From: Sarea resinae
Lineage: Eukaryota
DNA: 64,000 nt
Direction of reading: 5' to 3'
NCBI GenBank assembly: GCA_026026165.1
Contig: JAPEUD010000008.1
Span: forward strand, 434,001-498,000
Position 1 is the stretch's first letter. Every line of letters starts with the position of its first letter. A program made the translations under genes and the position numbers. The notes beneath the pieces were generated by a model, which did not search any database, was not told where the DNA came from, and was given only the letters and a program-made list of their open reading frames with translations. Of this stretch, positions 13,666 to 28,761 are shown piece after piece.

Positions 13666-15450
13666 ATCAAGCGGCTGAATGCGCGAGAGGGTACAGAACT
13701 CTCGCAGTTGGCTGATGGATGTGGATGAGCGGATATTATCTCCCCACGATATAGTGAGCGGGAAGGCACACAGTCCCTGAGCGCTGCGCTGAGGAGGGAT
13801 AATATTGTTTGAAAATTAGTGAGTGTATTTGAGGTCGTGGTGGGAAGTCTGTCGTCGAGTCAACGGTGAGTCTTAAAGAGAGATGGAATATAATTTCAAT
13901 ATGAGTTGACTTGATTGGGAAGAGTATTGAAGCCGAGACGTTCTTGAAAAGTACGTTGTGAGCTCAAGGAGCGCCCAGAGCTCCATGAATGAAATTCCAG
14001 CGCAAGCATTGCCCACCAAATTCTCACCATCCAATGTTCAAGTATTCATCATTGCATAACGTGGATCGTCTCGAGCAGAGAGGAACAAGGGATGGCACAA
14101 TTCAAGCAGTAGGAATTCATGCGTTAAGTTGAACTAGAGATCAGAAGGAAACAACATCGCGCACAAATTCTGGAGAAGCAATCATTAATCGAAGCAGACC
14201 GTGGCCATGACCCTGACCATCACCTGGAAGGGTGAGGCGCTGCTCTAAGTAAACATATGCAAGTAGCGTCCCTGCTGATAGCATTAGCAAAACGATCTGG
14301 CCATACAAGGTGATCGAGGAAGCGCCTGTGCTTGTATTGGTGGGAGATGGGACGCCAACGATAACCTGTCACATATGCGGGTTTCACATCACCATCCCTG
14401 CTCGGCGGCCGCCGAAACACCCACGCATAGGCCTCAGCTGAGTAATCTCGTCAATGCATTGAGAACGGTTTTCGACAAGATCTGATCTACAAGATAAGAA
14501 AGGCGTAGAGCAAAGAGGGCTATGACTCGGACCAGGTTTACAATCAGTATCATCATGATGAAAATCGGTTTCGGACCAGAGTCTTGACGGGTTTGCCGAG
14601 CCTGAGGAATGCGAGTAGTTAACGAAAAAGGAGCTTAGCCGTTCGGTCTATCTGATGCTAGAAAAGGTCACGCGTGTGAGAGCGAAGATCGCAAAGGCCG
14701 AGGGCCTCGTGATGGCTCATATTCTTGTGATTCAAGGGAGAGGCAACATCTTGCTCTGAACGAGAGTATTGTTCTGCAGGTCAATTATGACCGCTGTTGC
14801 GACTCGATGAAATGCTAGGTCTAGCCTCAATATCGAGCAATACAAATGCGATATGTTCGTGCTAGATTTAGACATTCCTTCTCAGCCTTGGCAAGTGATG
14901 GCACCCACATCGACCCTCGAGTGAAAGAAGAGTCGTGACCAGCCGAGAGGGGAGCAGAATATATTGGAGATCAAAATGACAAGCTTAGAACCATGCATGC
15001 AAAATTTGAGATTATCTGCGATTATCACAGGGTTCCAAGTAGTAAGTTAATCAAAATCAATAAATCACCTTCACGTCGCACAGTGGGGTCAGAAAACGGT
15101 CAGTCTCGTAAGATAGCCGTCGAGGATAAGGAAATGAGCCAATGGGAAACATGAATGTACTCAATTCGCCCCTAACGCGCGGACCGTGTTAGAACCGGTA
15201 TGCATCATCAGAAGGGAAACCTAGGAAGAGAGTATGCTAAACCACTTCCTGCCATAATTCGTCAAGCTAGCAGCAAATCAGAAAAAAAAGAACCTGCCCG
15301 TCTGTAACATATTCGCAACCACGCAAACCTTCTTGATACCAGCCCGACTTCCTCCGGATCCATAAACGCTTATTGTAGAATCCTCCATATTGGCGCAGTG
15401 CATGAAGTGAGAGAAGCTAGTGGTATAGGCAAGGCAAAATCATGACACGA

Positions 15451-16359
<909 letters not shown>

Positions 16360-17483
16360 GATGGTCTATGTGCTGGAAGTGTGGATGTGTGATGTCGTGA
16401 GGATAAGTTCGCAAAGAGCGGTGGTGAGTGATGTTGAAGGTTGAAAGTGGGCTGGGCGGAGCAAAGGCGGAAAAGTACCTGAGTTAGTCGCCCTGCTAAA
16501 AAGAAACGAACGAAGGAAGCGCTGCGGATTGAATGGATGACGCAGCGAGAGAGTAGTGATAGGACAAGCACGCACTCACTTGATCACCAAATATAGGTCT
16601 CGAGCTCTTGGATTTGAACGATTCTTGGTGTTCAGTGTGATGGCCGACACTTCTGAAGCACAAAGAAGTTGACAGATGATTTTGTCGGGCTGAGCCAGCT
16701 GCAGACTGTGAGGCACGGAATAGGTGAGGTGTCAGTCCGAGATGAAGGAACTTGTCTACCAGGCGCAGAAGTAAAAGGAAGTACTCCTAGGAGAATAGAG
16801 GTACTTGTAGTTGCTCGCATACGTGGATAGAGGCCAATCTCGTGCGGGAATAGACATTCACTGTACTTTCTTGTTAGTCAGATAAGGTATATAGCAGTGA
16901 ATTCAAATCTTTACGCCACTATCTTTGCCTCTTGCATGTTAATTGTTCGGTAGCTGTGCTGAAGTGTCATGCCCCTCAATGTACTTTTGAGTACTAACGG
17001 AACCGCGTAAGGGATAGAGCGGTGCCCAATTCACTGAAGTATCAAGAGGTAAACAAGTCCTAAGGCCCACTTTCACCAAGGGAGGCACTCTTTCTCACCA
17101 ACCTCATCTCGTCATCGTGCTTGAGAGACATGCGATTCACCATGAGATCTAGTTCTATTGGCGCGCTTCATTTGGACTTCTGGCTCATGATCACATAATA
17201 TAGCTCTCGCGAAACCAACCTGGATTTAAACATGGTGGTATTAAATACTCTCGAGGAACACCTCTCTCATTGCAGCAGATTATCTTGACATAAGGAAAGG
17301 ATGCATAGATATCAACAGACACTAGTGGCGTTGTGGGCACGATAGTGTCCTCCCTAGAACAATTCAACGCCGGGGGATAGTATCTAGAGCACTCGATCTA
17401 TTTCTTTGCATACATTGCTGAGGAGACAGGAGACCCCAGATAAATTTTCATGACTCTTGCGCTTTGGAAAGTGCAGCGCAGCA

Positions 17484-18959
17484 TCAACAGAACGCCTGCA
17501 TGCCGGTGATAGCTCGTCCGAGAATTAGGGCTGCGAGATCACGAAATGTCAGTCACTCGGCTTTCCTCAAGCCCCGCTCATCTCGACTCATCTCGACATA
17601 ATGACTCACCATGTATATCACTTTGGCCCTCGTACGTCTGGGTGACGAAAAGATTGGACACATGCCTGCCAATACCATATTCATCGCTCACAGCATTACC
17701 ACCGAAGATTTCTTGGAGTCTGATAAGGAAGTCAGTAATGTGCCGGCTGTTCTCTGGGAGGATTAATTCTTACATTCTCGCATTCACCAATGCCCTGTCA
17801 CAGTTCTGCCTTTTGATCATAGATATCATTTCAGGGGCAGCCTTGCCCTCATCCTTCAGTCGTCCAACTTGATGCGCGGCCAGGAGTCCAAATGCAGCAT
17901 CCGTGACAGCATCAGCCAGCTTTTTCTGTACAAGCTGGTACTTTGCGATTGGGTTGCCTTTGAATTGTTTGCGGTCCAAAGCATATTCTCTTGCTCGCGA
18001 GATGCAGTCTTCAAGAGCCCCCATCGTTCCCCACGCAATCCCGTATCGTGCCGAGTTGAGGCAGCTGAATGGGCCTCTCAACCCTTCGACCTCAGGGAAC
18101 ATGTTTGCTTCTGGTACTGGACAATCGTCCAGATGGATCATGCCAGTGATGGAAGCTCGAAGGCCATTTTTGTTTTTAATAGCGGGCGTTTCCAACGTTC
18201 CCGGGGGACACTGGTCCCGATCAATGACAAACCCCCTTATTTTCCCCGTGCTTTGTAGCTTCGCCCAGACAAGTAGCACGTCAGCGATGGGGGAATTGGT
18301 TATCCATGTTTTCGAGCCCGATAACGACAAGTATCCTTTCTTTGATGGATGGGGCTTTGCTGTAGTCTCCATCGACCCGGGGTCCGAACCGTGATTCGGC
18401 TCGGTCAAGCCAAAACAACCTACCAATTTACCGCGTGCCAGACCAGGCAGATATTTATCTTTTAGTTCTTCCGATCCGAACTCCTCAATCCCACCCATGA
18501 CCAGAGAACTTTGCACGGACATGCCGGATCGATACCCGGAGTCGACGCGCTCTACTTCCCGAGTGATAAGCCCTGAAGCCACACTGCTAACGCCGGCACA
18601 GTCGTAGCCTTTGATCGTAGCGCCGAGCAGGCCTAGTTCGCCCATCTCCTCTAATATTTTTCTGTCGTAGTTTTCGTTGCGGTAGGCCTCTATTAATTCA
18701 GTCAGGTGGACTACTTCATATACAGAGACAAAAGGATGGCCTTACCAAGCACCCGTGGAAGCATTCGCTCCTGACAGTAAGACCGGGCTGTCTCCTGAAT
18801 AGCCAATTCATCCTCAGTGTACAGGTTGCTGTGGCCCAGCGGGTCCTCGTAATTGAATGCTACCGGCGCATGGGCATATCTTCGTCCAAGACTGGCATTT
18901 CGGGTCTTCGCCACGGCACCCAAGTGCTTGACCGAGCTCCTCAAAGTAGCTTTATACAT
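17484..18959 (-). CDS. Mitochondrial glutaryl-CoA dehydrogenase
   Basis: Basic mitochondrial presequence [14 protein letters not shown]..., then [61 protein letters not shown] and C-terminal [15 protein letters not shown]. Three introns. Confidence 0.93.
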
Positions 18960-19446
18960 GTCGATGGTGACACTCAATCGAACGAGAGAATGTTGAAGAT
19001 GAATCAATGTGGAAATGAGAATTGATCTGCCACGAGCGCTCAACTCCAATCGGTGGTCTTTTAGAAACTACCTACGAATATGTACGGGATTGCGTCGGGT
19101 ACTACGCCCCCGTCTTCTCCTCTGGGCTCCCCCACAATTGGTGGCGGAAGCTTAAAATCATCGATTTATCTCGGGTGTTCATTGTTGCGGACCTCGGCCC
19201 AGCCACGACCTTCCAAGTCACCTGATAACATCAAGAAAAAATAAACCTAGTACGAGTAATATTTGGATATGAGATCGTGAGAAGAAATATGCAACTGATC
19301 TCAAGATCAGAAACTATTCGAAAAAGTAGAAAACCCTTTCGCTTTTTTTCTTTGGTTCTGTAAAAGGTAAGGTACCCAGCAGCGACAGGATATTTGACTG
19401 TGAGAGCTAGAGTGTCGCGCTAAGTCGGTAATGGACATCTTATTGA

Positions 19447-19476
19447 ACGCGCGCGTAGACTTTCAACCTCACGCGT
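19447..19476. promoter_or_regulatory. MCB-like cell-cycle elements (ACGCGCGCGT, ACGCGT) upstream of FEN1
   Basis: ACGCGT at 19471-19476 and ACGCGCGCGT at 19447-19456, about 160-190 bp upstream of a DNA-replication gene. Confidence 0.45.
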
Positions 19477-19633
19477 TGGATCGCTGCGTCACTTTACCTT
19501 CATTCATTCCACCACCTCCCGCGTGAACGATTGGCTAACCCCCCCCCCCCATCGAAACGCCATTCAACTTCAGTCTACAACCAGCTCAAACAATCAGCCA
19601 GGGCAATTCGGAGAAGGAGACAGACTCTGAGAA

Positions 19634-21057
19634 ATGGGTATCAAACGTCAGTAGCATATTTGACTCCCCATACGCCTCATCGACACGCCTTCTGAGTGCG
19701 GAAGCTAAGGAATCACAGACCTTTACCAAGTCATCAGCGAAGAGGCGCCCGATGCCCTCAAAACCGGCGAAATTAAGAATCACTTTGGAAGGAAGGTTGC
19801 CATAGTATGTAGCGCCCCTGAATACTTCTCTATGCGACTGACTTTTGCGCTAGGATGCGTAAGCCCCCTCATTGGGACAGAAAACTCCGAATCCACTGTT
19901 AATACCTCCCGTAGGTCAATGAGTATATACAGTTTCATGATTGCCGTACGATCGGAAGGCCAACAACTCATGAATGAGACGGGTGAGACTACATCACATC
20001 TGATGGGAATGTTCTATCGCACTCTCCGCATCATCGATAATGGTATTAAACCTCTCTATGTCTTCGACGGCGCGCCCCCGAAACTGAAATCTGGCGAATT
20101 GGCAAAACGATTTCAGCGCAAGTCCGAAGCTACCGAAGCAGTTGAAGAGGCAAAAGAGACTGGGACGGCTGAAGAGGTGGAAAAGTTTTCAAGGCGGACA
20201 GTCAGGGTGACGAGAGAGCACAATGCGGAATGCAAGAGGCTGTTGAAGTTGATGGGTGTCCCATATATCGACGCTCCTACAGAGGCGGAAGCCCAATGTG
20301 CTGTCCTTGCGCAGGCAGGAAAGGTCTATGCTGCTGCATCAGAAGACATGGATACCCTTTGCTTTCACTCACCAATCCTCCTTCGACATTTGACCTTTAG
20401 CGAACAGAGAAAGGAGCCCATTCAGGAAATTCACTTGGATCGAGTCCTTGCTGGGTTGAACATGGAAATGAAGCAGGTATGATGAATAGAATCACATGCT
20501 CAACTCGGTAGACTGCTAATCTTTTTGACAATCAGTTTGTCGATCTTTGCATTCTCTTGGGTTGCGACTACGTTGATCCTATCCCGAAAATCGGTCCAAA
20601 TACGGCTCTGAAACTCATTCGCGACCACGGAACTCTAGAGGCTGTTGTAGATTATATCGAGAAAGATCCGAAGAAGAAGTACGTGCTTCCCGAAGACTGG
20701 CCCTACAAGGATGCCCGTGAGCTCTTTTTCCATCCCGATGTCCGTGCTGCCGATCATCCCGACTGCAACTTCAGTTGGGACAACCCCGACATTGAAGGCC
20801 TGGTAAAGTTTCTCGTGGAGGAGAAGGGCTTCAGTGAGGACCGCGTTCGCAATGGCGCTGCCAGACTGCAGAAACATCTCAAGAGCGCCCAGCAAAGTAG
20901 GTTGGAGGGGTTCTTTAAGCCGGTACAGAAAACAGAAGAGGAGCGGAAGACTCTTAAGAGAAAGAATGAGGAGAAGGCTGAGGAGAAAAGGAAGAAGCAA
21001 AAGGCCGAGGCGAAGGCCAAAAAGGAAGCCAAAGCTAAGCCCCGGGGCACAGCTTAG
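19634..21057 (+). CDS. fen1: Flap endonuclease 1 (Rad27/FEN1), 5 exons
   Basis: Exons 19634-19646, 19719-19804, 19854-19858, 19915-20476 and 20536-21057 give MGIKHL...[39 protein letters not shown] and the PIP box QSRLEGFF. Confidence 0.96.
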
Positions 21058-22411
21058 GACATTGCAAGTCTCCATCCTCATGATTCCCAAGGCAAAATCT
21101 GTTTCTATTGCTCGATGGTTTTCTGCGAGGAGTTGCTGGTTAGGTACTATGGATGGTTACTACCGGAGTTAGATCGCTGGCGCTGCAAGCATGGGGGAAG
21201 TCAGCTTAGGAACTCTTGATAGGTCAAGGCTTCCAAAACGAGGAATGCTAGATAAGGAATGCAGTACTCCGTACAATCTGCGATATTTACCAATATGCCA
21301 ATTAATGCTGAGATCCCATGAAACCATTCATTCCAAACAGATAGCATAAGTTGGAGATGTGAGATTTGTGGGGAGGGGGGCGCAACGGCTAAGGTACTCG
21401 GCAATGCCTCGTCATAGTCAAGACACTCGTCTCAACCCTGTGCCCAACAATCCCAAAATGACGAAAGAAATTATTGAGACGGACTTCAAGAATAATGCTA
21501 TAAGATGCATGTGGGCTTGGACAGTGGAAGGTCAACAAGTCTCTGGCTGGAAAGGCCAGTAATTGAATTTGCGTTCAGTTGGTGGGAAATCAAAGCATGC
21601 GATCGAGACGTGCCATAGCGAATCGAGCACCACATGCACAGTCGAGAAACAGATCAGTGACCGAACGTAGGATTAGCTTAGAAGGCTCTCTTTAGATTCA
21701 CAAAAATAAGACAATGTGACGAGATATCAAAGACACGCGCAGACGTCATGAAAGACATAGCAGTGCCTCTGGAATGTGGGAGTAGGTAGTTGACGTAGAG
21801 GCAGTATCAAGACGCATGATCAAAACAACGAGATGGCAAGGCCGCAGAGATCATTCGCGATACAAGGGCGAGAATGACTGTTAACGCGAGAGAAATATGG
21901 AAAAAAGATGTGAGATTCCCAATATGCTCATGTGAATCTCGTCTTCGACCTGCTCGATGGGTGAGGAATTGAGGACGTTGGTCAGGGCAGGGCAGGGCAG
22001 GGCATCTGTTTCCATGATTTTTTGGGGAGTGTGGGAGACCCCCAACAGTGGTGGGCGACAGCGACGGTGGGTGACTGTGAGCGACAGTTGTTTTCGACAA
22101 GTTGCGAGCAGGCTAAGGGTCAGGGGAGTCGATATGAGTGTGTTGCGGTGTTGCGCACCGCAGATGATTCGGCTCCAGAGCTTCTCATTGGCCGAAACTC
22201 GAGGGTGGCCGTCCAGATCAACTCGCTTGTCATTTGACTTAAAAGGTCGCATCGCCCGCCCACGCGCGGGGCTCTCCCTCCCGACCAAACACCAGACAAC
22301 ACTTATCTCCCAGCTCGAAAGACCACCACAGTCTCTTCAATCCAACCCATTCAGCACCTCGATTCAATCGCCGCCTTTCGAGCTTCCGGACCGTATCAGT
22401 ATTCTTCCACA

Positions 22412-23580
22412 ATGCCTCCTAAGAAAGCAACCACCGGCGCGCCGGCCAAGAAGGCTGCTGCCGCTCCCGCCCATCCAACTTACAAAGGTGCGCATTGTTG
22501 CTGATATGTGACGCATCCCCGTCGCGCATATTCGGGCATCATTTCCTGTCGGTCGCCGGGCCTTGCTAACGCGTTCTCCACAGATATGATCAAGGAATCC
22601 ATTCTTAATGTGTGTTCCCTTTTTACTTGGGGGACGCGAAAGTCGTGTCGAGTGGTCCGAGTCGCGAGTCTCAACATTTTGCGACCGGGCACGTCACAAA
22701 TCAACCATGACGCCCAACGCTTGAAGACATGAGAAGTTTGCTAACCCGCTATCCAAATAAATAGCTCAAGGAACGAAATGGTAGCAGGTTAGTAAATGCA
22801 TTTGTTCATCATGCCCTTCTATGCTGTTCTTTTCCCCAAATTTATAAAATTGTGATGCTGACTGCTCTTCCCTTCAGTCGCGTCGCTATCAAAAAATACA
22901 TCCAAGCCAATAACAACCTGGGAGCGACTTCTGAAAAGGCTTTCGCCGCGCAGCTGAATCGCGCCATCCGTACTGGTGTCGAAGGTGGAGATTTCTCTCA
23001 GCCCAAGGGTAAGGCCCCTATTTAGATTAACATTTAATCTCCTTCCATTTGCTAACGTTTCTGCTCTTAGGTCCTTCTGGTCCTGTAAAGCTCGCCAAGA
23101 AGGATGCCGCCAAGGCTGCATCCAAGCCATCTGCGCCAAAGGTATTTTTGGAACAACAATGATTAACCTATGGACATCGAGACTGATTCGGATCTAGTCT
23201 ACGGCCACGAAGACCGCTAAGAAGCCCGCTGCAAAGAAAGCAGCTGCACCGAAGAAGCCGGCCACTAAAGCTGCCGTTCCTAAGAAGCCGGCTGCTCCTG
23301 CAACGAAGGCCAACGCCAGTAAGCCGCGCAAGGCTCCGAAGGCACCAACTGCCGTATGTTTCCCACCTTTGATATGGGTGAAATCCCCCAGCTGACATAA
23401 TCCTAGGCCCCTGCGGTGGTTGAGAAGCCTGCTGTTCTTACCAAGACCAAGTCCGGTCGCGTCGCTAAGACCACGAAGCCAGCTGCACCTGCTAAGAAGG
23501 CCGCCGCTAAGAAGGCTGCTCCTAAGAAGGCAGCGGCACCTAAGAAGTCTGCAACGCCAAAGAAGACGGAGGCCGCTTGA
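22412..23580 (+). CDS. hhoA: Linker histone H1, 7 exons
   Basis: Exons 22412-22487, 22584-22609, 22765-22787, 22878-23008, 23071-23141, 23198-23353 and 23407-23580. They encode the globular domain [34 protein letters not shown]...QPKGPSGPVKL and a Lys/Ala/Pro-rich tail. Confidence 0.95.
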
Positions 23581-25545
23581 GCAATAGCTGTCGGCACTTC
23601 TTTTCTTTTTTAGTCTCGATGCTTCGGTTGCGGTTGCGGAAAAGGGTGCTTGAGATGCTGGTGTGGTACTCGGAGTCCGGCATTGAGATCCCCATTCTAT
23701 GATATCTCTTGGTTTGCTATTCTCTGCGGGTTCTTTGTGTTATCGAATTGGCATGTGGAGGGGACTCATGGAATTCAGTCAATATGCTTTTTCACGTTTG
23801 GGACACGGCGCTGTTAAGGGGTTCTGCGATTCCGTCTTTTGTGTCAATTTCTAATCATGAGGGTCGTCATCTAAAGTTGCTGCTCCTCTTGTCAGGGTTC
23901 TTTCTTCTGAGGCGGGCCGGGGGGCTCTGATGTCGTTGATGTCGGGGTTTCTGGGGGCTTGGTCGGGTTGGGCCTTGGTCGGGAAATGCTCTACTTTTAG
24001 CATATCAATGCTCAGCCGTAACTACCTCTTACTCGTATGAATATTGATCCATTACGCCAGAGACAGCGATGAAGCAACAAGAGAGGCAAGGTACGAAATA
24101 CCCTAAGTACGGTAGTCGGTACCTTGCACCTCGTAGATGACTAATGACAGGCGCCGGATTATGTAAGGCACGTACGAATCCAGATGGAAAGCATCCTTAC
24201 ATTCAAATGATCTCCGAGTGCAGTGCGTCGAGGCCTGCAAGCGTGGAGTGATCGACTTCGCTCGGTAGGAGCATTTACTTGTGGCAGCGTTTGGCTTTTC
24301 GGACATTATTATCATTCCACGGATCTGCACGAAGCAGCTGGTGGGAGGCGATGGAGGCGGGGTATAACGGACCGAAGTAAACAACCTCGGCGGAGAGGAA
24401 TCACACACTACATAAGGATAAATAACCCTACCGTGTACTGCAGTACGAGTGGCGTATCAGCTAGGAATTTGTAGCCGGGAATGGCCATCAGAGAGTCGAC
24501 CGTCAGCCGAAGCTACGTAGTGGGGACGGCGACAGCGGAAATACTATGATGCATCAAGCTTGCCCCCACCCGTGAAGGAGCTGGAGCAATTGATGTCTCC
24601 ATGTGGGGTAATTAATATCGATATTACTGCCGGGCGTATCCATGCGCCTGTCCACTCCCATACATGCCTTGATATATGGAGCAGTGCATCGATGAGGAAC
24701 GTTGACCGCTTTCCGGGGTAAAGAATCCGATGGTCCGTCCGCCAGTCTGACAGCTGTTTGAGTGTCCTGAGGTAAACATGGCATGATGTTGCTGGATGAG
24801 GGGCCCCGGAGGCGCAATTCGCTGATGGCTGTGCCTAGGGGAAGCCTGGAGATGTCTGGAGTGAGATTGAGATGGGGCAAGAAAGTTATCTTATCGCGAG
24901 AACGAGCCGGATCTTGGGGGATAGAAGAGGGACCGAGGGAATAACTACCTTGTGAGGACTTGGGTGTACTACTGGGCCAACGCCCAAGCCACGTCTGCCA
25001 GGGTAGCTTGCTGTACTCGGCTCGTAGGTCTCAACGTCGTCGCTCATGCCCTTCCCTGAGCACATCTTGGAGTGAAAGTTAGTGCGAATATGCCCCTCGG
25101 ACTGTAATTTTTACGGGCATTGCACGGGCATTGCACAAGGGTACCTGTGATACCACCGAAACTAGGTGCCAGACGAGGTTCCCGATACCTGATTCACCAT
25201 CGACAGCTATTTTCCAGTAGCTTACTCCAGTAGGTTGCTCCTACCTAGCTGTCTACCGCACTGCCGCCGGAAAGTGCCTCGAGTGAAAAGGTCCTCATAT
25301 AAGTTGTTGGGGCGCACTGCGGAAGCTCTTCACTGCGTACGCTTCAGTCTGTCCGCCTGTGCCAATCAATCTCTCTTCTCTCTCCCCGCCAGGAACGAGA
25401 ACCGGAACAGGAACCGGAAAGGCCTCAGGGCTCTGTACTCGAGAGCGATTCACGGCCACCACTATCCTTCCCCCACTATCCAACCAGCAGCCTGCCTAGG
25501 TATCCTTTGTTGCTGTTTTGAGTCGAAAGACTAGATAGAGCTGCA

Positions 25546-26722
25546 ATGTCGTCCGTGGCGGCCAATCCTCACCAGGTGAAGCCGGCTTCCTACCTCTCTC
25601 CTCAATACATCCATGGCATCTACATTCCTTCCGCGCTTCTCATCGTAGGCGTCGCAATTGTCAAGCGGGAATGGATTGCCTACGCTGCGGCGCTGGCGGC
25701 GATACTTGGAGGGTGGAAGATCTACAATAACCGTAAGTATTCTAGTTTTCCCTGCCACTCGCAGTGCTTGAATGGGCACACGCAGTAAATCCCCCTCGAT
25801 CCAACTAATTTGCCTTATAGAAGCGAAGAAGGTCCTAAGACCGGATAAGTGGCAAAACTTCGAGCTGACAGAGAAGACAATCATATCTCACAATGTGGCT
25901 ATGTGAGTATTACCAGCCCCTGAAAATGTGAGCGCTTGATGATATGACATTGGCTAATCTTGTTCAGTTATCGATTCAAACTACCAAACGCGACGGATAT
26001 CCTAGGACTGCCAATCGGCCAACACATTTCTCTCGCTGCTACGATCCCGGGCCAACCCAAAGAAGTGGTTCGGTCATACACTCCAATCTCATCAGATGTG
26101 GACTCCGGCTATTTCGACGTGCTCCTCAAGAGCTACCCTACTGGAAATATTTCTAAGCACATGGCATCGCTCAAGGTTGGGCAGACCATTAAGGTCAAGG
26201 GCCCTAAGGGTGCCATGGTCTATACTCCAAATATGGTTAGGCACCTTGGTATGATTGCTGGTGGAACTGGCATCACTCCAATGCTGCAGATCATCAAGGC
26301 CGTGATCCGTGGACGACCTAGGAATGGTGGAAAGGATACCACCGAAATCGATCTCATCTTTGCCAACGTCAACCCTGAAGATATCCTCTTGAAGGAAGAC
26401 CTAGATCAATTGGCTCAAGAGGATTCCGGGTTCCGTGTGCACTATGTTCTCAACAACCCGCCGGAGAAATGGGCGGGTCACGTTGGATTTGTTACTCCAG
26501 AGATCATTAAGGTATGCACAGAAAGCTTGTGTTTTCTCATGGCCTAGAGCAAGGAAACTGATCCGGTAACAGAAACACCTTCCTGCACCAGCCAAGGATA
26601 TCAAAATTCTCATTTGTGGTCCCCCTCCTATGGTCAGCGCGATGAAGAAGGGCACGGATTCTCTCGGATACTCGAAGCCAAGGCCGGTTAGTAAGCTGGA
26701 AGACCAGGTCTTCTGCTTCTAA
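25546..26722 (+). CDS. cbr1: NADH-cytochrome b5 reductase 1
   Basis: N-terminal membrane anchor, [44 protein letters not shown] and terminal DQVFCF. Three introns. Confidence 0.93.
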
Positions 26723-27137
26723 ATATGAGAGGTAAATAACGTCGTGGCACTTGATGAGGAGATGGAAGGTTCACTCCGCAGGCTAGTCCGCATCGCTCAG
26801 AGATGAGTGATATCGACATTGAGACGTCCGATACAAATTTAAAGTCGCCGTTCTGATACGGGTTTTGGATAGCAGAGCGGACCGACAGCAGTGGTTGAAT
26901 TTTACGTTGTTCTACCTACCTACATACTGACCTTATCAACTCCTTCGAGCGGTAGCTCATATCGTGAGACCAGCTGCTATAGCCACAATCTAAAAATCCA
27001 AGCATATCATAAAAAGAACGTTGCTCTCGACATGCTATTCAGGGTTTCTGAGCGACTTGATCTTGATCCGCTAGATGCTGAAGCGATACTCCTTACTCAC
27101 GTACCTTTCCTACAAAGATTATTCCTACCAAAAAGAA

Positions 27138-27874
27138 TCACCGATATTGTACTTTCTGCCCCTGTCCCCCCCTTTTCTCCATCTTCTGTCGATTACTGCT
27201 CTGCGATCCAGCGCCCATACTCATAGCGGCACCATCCGACCCTGCACCGCTCAGACCTGCCATTCCCTTTCTCATGCCCCCAAAAGTTGTATACGCCAGA
27301 TATGCAGAGTAGCCTGGAATGGCAGTCTTATGTCGATTCCGCGTCTTCAAGTCAGCCCGAGAGCAATACAATAAACAATATGTCCCGTTGGGAGACAATC
27401 GACGTTCGTAGGCACGGCTGGAATAAAGCAGGACTCACCCAAAGCCACCAGGCCCGGTCCCCAAAGATGGCGCTCATAATTATACAGCCAAAGGTCCAGT
27501 ACAGCACATCCCACAGATACTCTGTCAGTCCCTTTGCCTCTAGATCTTCGCCACTCTTACGAAGCTCCTTACTACTACCACCTACGCGTGGGGCACCATA
27601 CGTAGGCCTCCCAACCTTCTCAAGCCATATCTCGACTATTAGAGCTGGAGTCGAGAGTAGGGAATAGAGAACGTAAGTGCGCCTTGTGACCGAGGACCGG
27701 AGGAGAAGGAGCCGCAGCAAGATGAAGAAACCGTGGATGAAGAGGGAGATGATGTGCGTGCGGTTTAGGATGGTAGTATTGCGCGATGCGAGGGTCTTGG
27801 CTGCTTTCTTGTTATCGGGGGAGATAGTTAGTGGTGTCAGGAGTTTGGGGGAAATGAGGATTTACTTGTGCCAT
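27138..27874 (-). CDS. snd2: SRP-independent targeting protein SND2/TMEM208 (DUF788 family)
   Basis: A 9-nt first exon MAQ splices to KAAKTLASRN...GEDLEAKGLTEYLWDVLYWT...WWLW|TAIPGYSAY...SNRQKMEKRGG. Confidence 0.85.
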
Positions 27875-28761
27875 TTTATCGAACTAGAAAGGGTGGATCT
27901 AGGGAAGTGGTGTTGCTGGTCTATGGACGGACTGATATGGCTACACTTTTGTGGGATATGGGGTTGAGCGGAATTAGCCGGCAAGTGTTCCAGATCATTC
28001 ACTGCTTGCTTGCAGGCGACTTTGTTATTGTTGGAGCTGATACAGATATATGAGTATGAAATTGCTATGAATCAGGACTTCAGTCGTAAATTACTTTCAT
28101 TGCCTCTGAAATGTGTATTTAACAGTCCCTTTTCGTCTTGTAGTTGTCGATTCGTGGTAGAGAAAAGATGAAGATCCAGTAGTGGCGGTTGCGTCTGGCA
28201 ACCGGCGTCAGCCGCCCACATCGCTCTTGCTTCCTCTAGGCGGCCAACCATAGCGCAGGGTACAGACGCCCACCACAACATTACCATCGCCATCACCAAG
28301 TCGCATTCCATCAGCCACGCGGGATCATCGATGGTCTCTTGCACACCAACGTCCCTATGCATTCATCCAATATCTAGCTGCACATCGCTTCCCTTCAGGT
28401 GCTCTGTGGTAGTCGTGTCGAGATCGGCGTCCTCGGGTACCTTCCTCTGCTGCTTTGCGTGAACTTTGACGCGAGCTGCTTCAAAGGAACGTAGGATCAG
28501 AGTGGAGGTCGAGCTTCACTTAGCTACCTCACCGTACTATCGTTACAGTCAAAGACAGAGCAGTGCTCTCATCCAAGTGAAGTTTGCGACAGTCGATAGC
28601 GAAACTTCAGCTCATCGTCAAACCCCTCTCAATGAGCCCAAGGGCGGCGAAGCTTCGGTCACCTTCCTTTTCACCTCTTCTTCATTGCCACTCTTCGAAC
28701 GACGGCCTTATATTACTCTGACTCGCCTGTTTGGCTGTCCATAATTCGAATGCAAGCCACC

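Noticed and set aside
14555..14655. C/D snoRNA-like layout (ATGATGA ... CTGA ... CTGA, ~100 nt)
   Set aside because: The terminal stem does not fit K-turn geometry and I could not place an rRNA-complementary guide next to either D box. Such box pairs are expected by chance.
24100..25500. Short ORFs and a TAACCCTA run (telomerase RNA template?) between H1 and cbr1
   Set aside because: No recognisable homology, and a single partial telomeric match is uninformative.
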